Assembly (NCBI GenBank): GCA_002269645.1
Contig: NIVC01000694.1
Coordinates: 378,464 to 442,463, forward strand
Length of the DNA stretch: 64,000 bases
Direction: 5' to 3'
Source of the DNA: Macrostomum lignano
Lineage: Eukaryota
In this document: piece by piece, positions 59,656-64,000 of the stretch
Layout: each line of letters opens with the position of its first letter
How positions within the stretch are numbered: position 1 is the stretch's first letter
Program-made: the position numbers and the translations under genes
Notes under the pieces: generated by a model
The model's input: the letters and a program-made list of their open reading frames with translations, nothing else
Database searches by the model: none
What the model was told of the DNA's origin: nothing

Positions 59656-60584
59656 AGTACTGGAAAAAAGACTGGCGTGGGCTTTTAAACTTATTTTTTA
59701 TTTTGTTCGGGCGTATAGTGAAATTGTTAAGAACAGAGTTGGTTATATATACTATAGTGTACAGTGGCCAAAACCAGATAATGGCTGCCTGCTCCACCAC
59801 CCCAAATTTGCTGTTTTTTCACCCCCAAATCTCTTGTTATCTCTAGCAATGATTGGCTCACCCTGTCGGCTTTTGATTCCTGAGTTATTTCTAACCAATC
59901 ACCTAACTCCCCAGCCCAGCCTAATAAGCCTATATTTTGTTTTCAGTGGACAATGAGGGTGAGACATCATACTTAATCACCTCATTATTGATTTTATCTG
60001 GTGTCTCTCTACCTCTGTCGTGAAAATTTAGCTACAAAATGCACTTTTAAGTTTAAGTGTAAGTTTCAGTTTTGTTTTGTAAAAAATAACAAAAGTTATT
60101 ATTATATAATTTGATATTATATCTGTTAGTATTTGTTCTTGTAGTCCAAAAAATCAATAACTTTCCGCGGCACGCGTAAACAGCCCAAATAAAGTAATTG
60201 CATGAAAAAAGTCTCAGCGATCCAGTTCGACCCAGCGGAGGGGTTGGCGCTGACTGCAGCCCCCAATCGACCCCAGCCTAAACCAGCGGACCAATCAGAG
60301 GCCACCAAAATTATAAAGGTGGCTAAAATTTACAAACAGGGGTGACTAAAAAATAGAATAGAGTGGACGGTAAGAAAAAGGCTATAACAGAAAGTCGAGA
60401 TGCTGACCAATCAGACGGCAGCGAGAAAATATTGAGAGTTGTTTTGGGACGAAGGGGTGGCTGCAGGGCTGCAATATATAATAAAAACAAACTGTAAATG
60501 CAGTAAACTTTTCGCCTCAACTGTTTCAAGTCAAGCATCACTTTTATCTACTTTTAACTTAGATTCTTTAAGTAACGAAGAGAA

Positions 60585-61835
60585 ATGGAATCAAACCCTA
60601 CGCCAGCCCAGAAGGTCAAATTCGGCATCTCTGCTCTTCTGCCCGGCTTGATGGATTCACCGGTCGTTGGTCTGATAACGAGACTGACAAAAATCCACGC
60701 CTACGAGAACAACAAAGCTGGATCAGGCCAAGTGTTCTCCTTCACTTTGACTGACGAGACTGCAGACATCAGAGTGAGCGTTTTTGGCAAGGACCTGAAG
60801 TCATTGCTGGAAATGTGCCAAACGGTCGAGACAGTGCGCATTTCTGGAGGCTGGATCAAAAAGGCTGACCCAAGGTACAACACTACGGAAAACGAGTATG
60901 AGATGAGCGTCTCAGTTGACAAAAGCGGCACCATCATGACTTCAAACGAGACGGTCAACAGGCGTCCCCGGGACTACAGGAGGATATCGGAAATTTCTGC
61001 ATGCCAAATGAAAACGTAAATATCTTGCACTTTGTGCCTTTATTTTCTTTTATACATTTCCTCGTGCTTTGCTTTACTTTAGGGTTACGGTTAGAGTTAG
61101 GCTGAGGTTAGGGTTAAAAGCTTGACCGATTTTTTAAGATTTCAAGGCTTAATGGGGAGGGGGCATCGATGAGATGTCAAGGGGGGAAATTGATATGCTA
61201 AGGCTTGTGGGGGGAATTGCTAACATGCCAAGGCTTACAAGGGACTGCTGAGGTATTGCAAAGAGACGCTACATGTAGTTTATTAAAAAACTTGTAATGC
61301 ATTTTTTGGCTGCCCAACGGGGGGCGCTGATTGCTAGTCATTCAGCTAAATTTGCCCTACTCAAAAACTTTCACCGTACGACAGGAAAGTTGACGTTCGT
61401 GGCATCATTTCTGCAGTTGAGAAGCCAAAGGAAGTAAAAACTGGTGCCGGAAAGCTCGTCGATTTAGCAAAAGTTACCATCGTTGATCGGTCCGGGTCCT
61501 CTGTGTCCTGCACTTTTTGGGCCAGTTCTTCTGCGCAGGTGAATAATTGGTCTATCGGCGACATTCTCGCGATTCATGGCTCTCAAGTCCAAGAGTACGC
61601 CCAGATGATAAGCCTCGGCTGTTCGCAAGCAGAAGTACATCACTGGCCAGAAAATTCGCAAGAGTTCTCCGACCTAACCGAGTGGTACAACGGCGCCACA
61701 GCTAGCCAGCAGCATTTCGAGGCTGTGCGAGCGACACAGATTCCACCACCTGAGCAGCAAGCATCACATGATGAAGAAATGACATTACACTACCCCGAAC
61801 GAATGTTTCACCAGTTTAACAACATGCGAAAATAA
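60585..61835 (+). CDS. RPA70-like ssDNA-binding protein with two OB folds (DBD-A/B-like), intron 61016-61384
   Basis: Exon 1: GQVFSFTLTDETADIRVSVFG..ETVRISGGWIKKADPRYNTTENEYEM. Exon 2 in phase: KVDVRGIISAVE..VTIVDRSGSSVSCTFWA..ILAIHGSQVQEY..LTEWY. No N-terminal DBD-F or Zn-finger DBD-C seen. Confidence 0.8.
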
Positions 61836-62393
61836 GACTGCGTTTCGGAAGCAAAGAGGTTAGTTTATTTCGAAAATGTGTGTTCACTTTAGTTTAATCA
61901 AAGGCAGTTATTATTGTATACTTCTTATGAGTGTTCACTTCAATTTAATCAAAGACAGTTATAATTATATACTTTTCAAACCGAATCCCACTTCACAGGT
62001 AACATTTTCACGAGATTCGAACAGCTGGAATCAGCAGATGCCCACAGGCTCTACACCTAGGCCTCTGTACACGAGTGACATGTCTCAGCAGAACAGCTGG
62101 AATCAGCAGGTACCCACAGGCTCTACACCTAGAACTCCGTACACTGGTGACTCGAGCACTCGAAATCAAGAATTTTTGACATCACCAGCAGAAGATGAAG
62201 ACTAATTTTTTCTTTTTGAATTTCTTCAAACTGAATTCGAACAGATATCAATCAGAACATTTTTTCCTCAACCTCTATTTCTGTGCTGTTGTCTTTTAAC
62301 TTTCGCAAATTTTGAATTTATATTACATTGAGTATTATTAACTGATTGCTAACTGAACCTAGGCTGAGTACGACAGGATTGGATTAGAAGTTA

Positions 62394-63571
62394 CTAATCC
62401 TTGAAGGAATAGTAGTGTCGAATCCAATACAGAAGAGACCCCATAACACTCTTTTTGTGCAGCCGTCGAAATTGGAACTCATTCAGATAAGATTGAAACA
62501 GTTCCTCAGATGTCCGATGCATACGCTTGTACTTCTTTTTACAGTGACACCACATGGATTCCACTGATTGCGTATGCACATCACGATCAGCAGGAGAGAC
62601 GAAGTTAAGTGAGTGGTTCACAGTCCGATGATTTGACAACCTATTATAAGCTTGCCATTCATCTGACATAATGATTGTGCCAGGCTCCACTCGCTCTTCT
62701 ATTATGGGTAAAAGAGTCGCTGCAGAACAATCTTTTACCGGTATTAGAAAGATATGAGTAGAACCACGTTCAACCATGCCAAACACCCACTTCTGCTCAC
62801 GCTGACGGCCTTTGTTGTACTTACGCTTGAAGTACAGGGACTCGTCAATTTCCACTATTTTATTTGGACCGCCTAACTTGAAGGGATGGTCTTCAAGATA
62901 TTTGGTACAAATTTCACGGCAGAAATTGAACCAGTCCACTAGCGTTTGTTGGGACACCTTAGTCTCTGCTGCAATAAAATCAAAGTCACCAATATCAGCA
63001 GCCCACCAAAAGATGATATGAAGGCACTGAAACAAACTAAGATGAGACCGCTCAAAAAACGATTTCGTGCGAATTGAGGTATTGGTTCGGCAACTCTTGC
63101 AATACCATGTTGATTTGTCCGCCACACTTGATCTTTTGACTAATCCATTGGACCCGAGCATGACGAACACAACATGGTATTGGCGATTAGTCCGATTCTA
63201 ACCAAGAATTGCAAAACCTCAGTCTCACTTTCGTGAAATTGAGTAATGAATGCGGTGTGTGTCGGATTATAATCTAGAACATACCGAGCTTCCTCAATAT
63301 TTACATTGAACATTTTAGTAGATGCTGCCGGTCGCCCACGACGCTTACCAGAAGCTTGTTTGACAACATCTTTGGATTTCGTAGAAGCTTTGGAGTCCGC
63401 ATTATTGGCCGCACAAGCTCCCCCTGGTACAGCCTCTCGGTCAGCACCACGAGCAGCTTGATTGTCCATAAGTTGGTTCCATTGCTCCTCGAACCCTTGG
63501 ACGTCTTCCTCAAACAAGTCATCTGAATCAGACGACACGAGAAACGAGAGAATCCACCAAAGAGTCAACAT
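62394..63571 (-). mobile_element. Merlin (IS1595/ISXO2-like DDE) transposase, ~390 aa with one frameshift near 63142
   Basis: Zn ribbon CSSC..CKSC; SIRTKSFFERSHL; IVEIDESLYFKRKYNKGR, WVFGMVERG, IMSDEWQAY, HRTVNHS, HTQSVESMW, YLNEFQFR. TIRs not identified. Confidence 0.88.
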
Positions 63572-64000
63572 AATTATATCAGACCTTGGTTGAAGTCTAT
63601 AACTAAATCTCGAATGAATTTGCTTACCGAAATCAAGTGCTGCTACTGCCTTAATACACTAGAATGAGTAATATAGTCTTGTACGGTTACTGGCTGGGAG
63701 TTGACAGGTGCAAAGGTGCGAAGTGCGAATGTTGGAAGGTAGCTTTGGCTAGGTGCAAGTGAAAGTGCGCAAGTGCAAAAAATCGAGCGGGTCGTGACGT
63801 GGCAGTTTTTAAAAAACGAACAGTGACGTGGCAAATTGTACATGCATTAAAACTAAATTGAAAAACTATTATTGGGAACTTAACAGACAATTGCGTATAA
63901 ATTTGTAGATAGTAACATTCAATTTTCATTGGCCTAATGAACTTCTAGCACATGTGCTACTGGTTTAAAAGTCTAGTGGATACACTTTTGAATATGTATT

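Noticed and set aside
61078-61118. Telomere-like ggttag/ttaggg repeats in the RPA-like intron
   Set aside because: Only about five degenerate units; too short to call an interstitial telomere, and common in small invertebrate repeats.
62394-63170. Bacterial IS1595 insertion or contamination
   Set aside because: The flanks are eukaryotic with introns and there are no bacterial genes; the eukaryotic Merlin superfamily explains the motifs.

Overview
Eukaryotic, repeat-rich animal-like genomic DNA: it has spliceosomal GT-AG introns, long microsatellites and nested transposons, and no prokaryotic operon structure. The invertebrate host cannot be proven from the sequence. Layer 1: a tandem segmental duplication (copy A ~2.3-13.8 kb; copy B ~32.3-52 kb, with a further partial unit to ~55.2 kb). 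It carries a family of intronless ~300-350 aa helical proteins with a central Gly/Ala-rich hydrophobic hairpin: three intact genes (11666-12730, 49589-50506, 52014-52973), two damaged ones and one 5' remnant. Two paralogs differ by matched 28-aa insertions on both sides of the hairpin. Layer 2: an 18.4-kb Polinton/Maverick-like element (13834-32251) with ~380-bp TIRs and a target duplication confirmed by an empty paralogous site at ~54.75 kb. It encodes an intron-containing protein-primed PolB, a tandem PC4-like ssDNA-binding protein, a dUTPase and an orphan spliced gene. I find no integrase, capsid, packaging ATPase or protease in it. Layer 3: younger insertions, namely a full-length Ingi-like non-LTR element inside the PC4 gene, a 5'-truncated Ingi-like element inside the polB gene that itself contains a Tc1/mariner element, an intact Mag-type Ty3/Gypsy element with apparently identical LTRs, a 2.2-kb solo LTR, MITE-like foldbacks and a Merlin (IS1595-like) transposase. 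The right end holds a divergent pair: a Pro/Tyr-polyQ-zinc-knuckle-RS gene and an RPA70-like two-OB-fold gene. All family assignments come from motif recognition by eye; no database searches were run.
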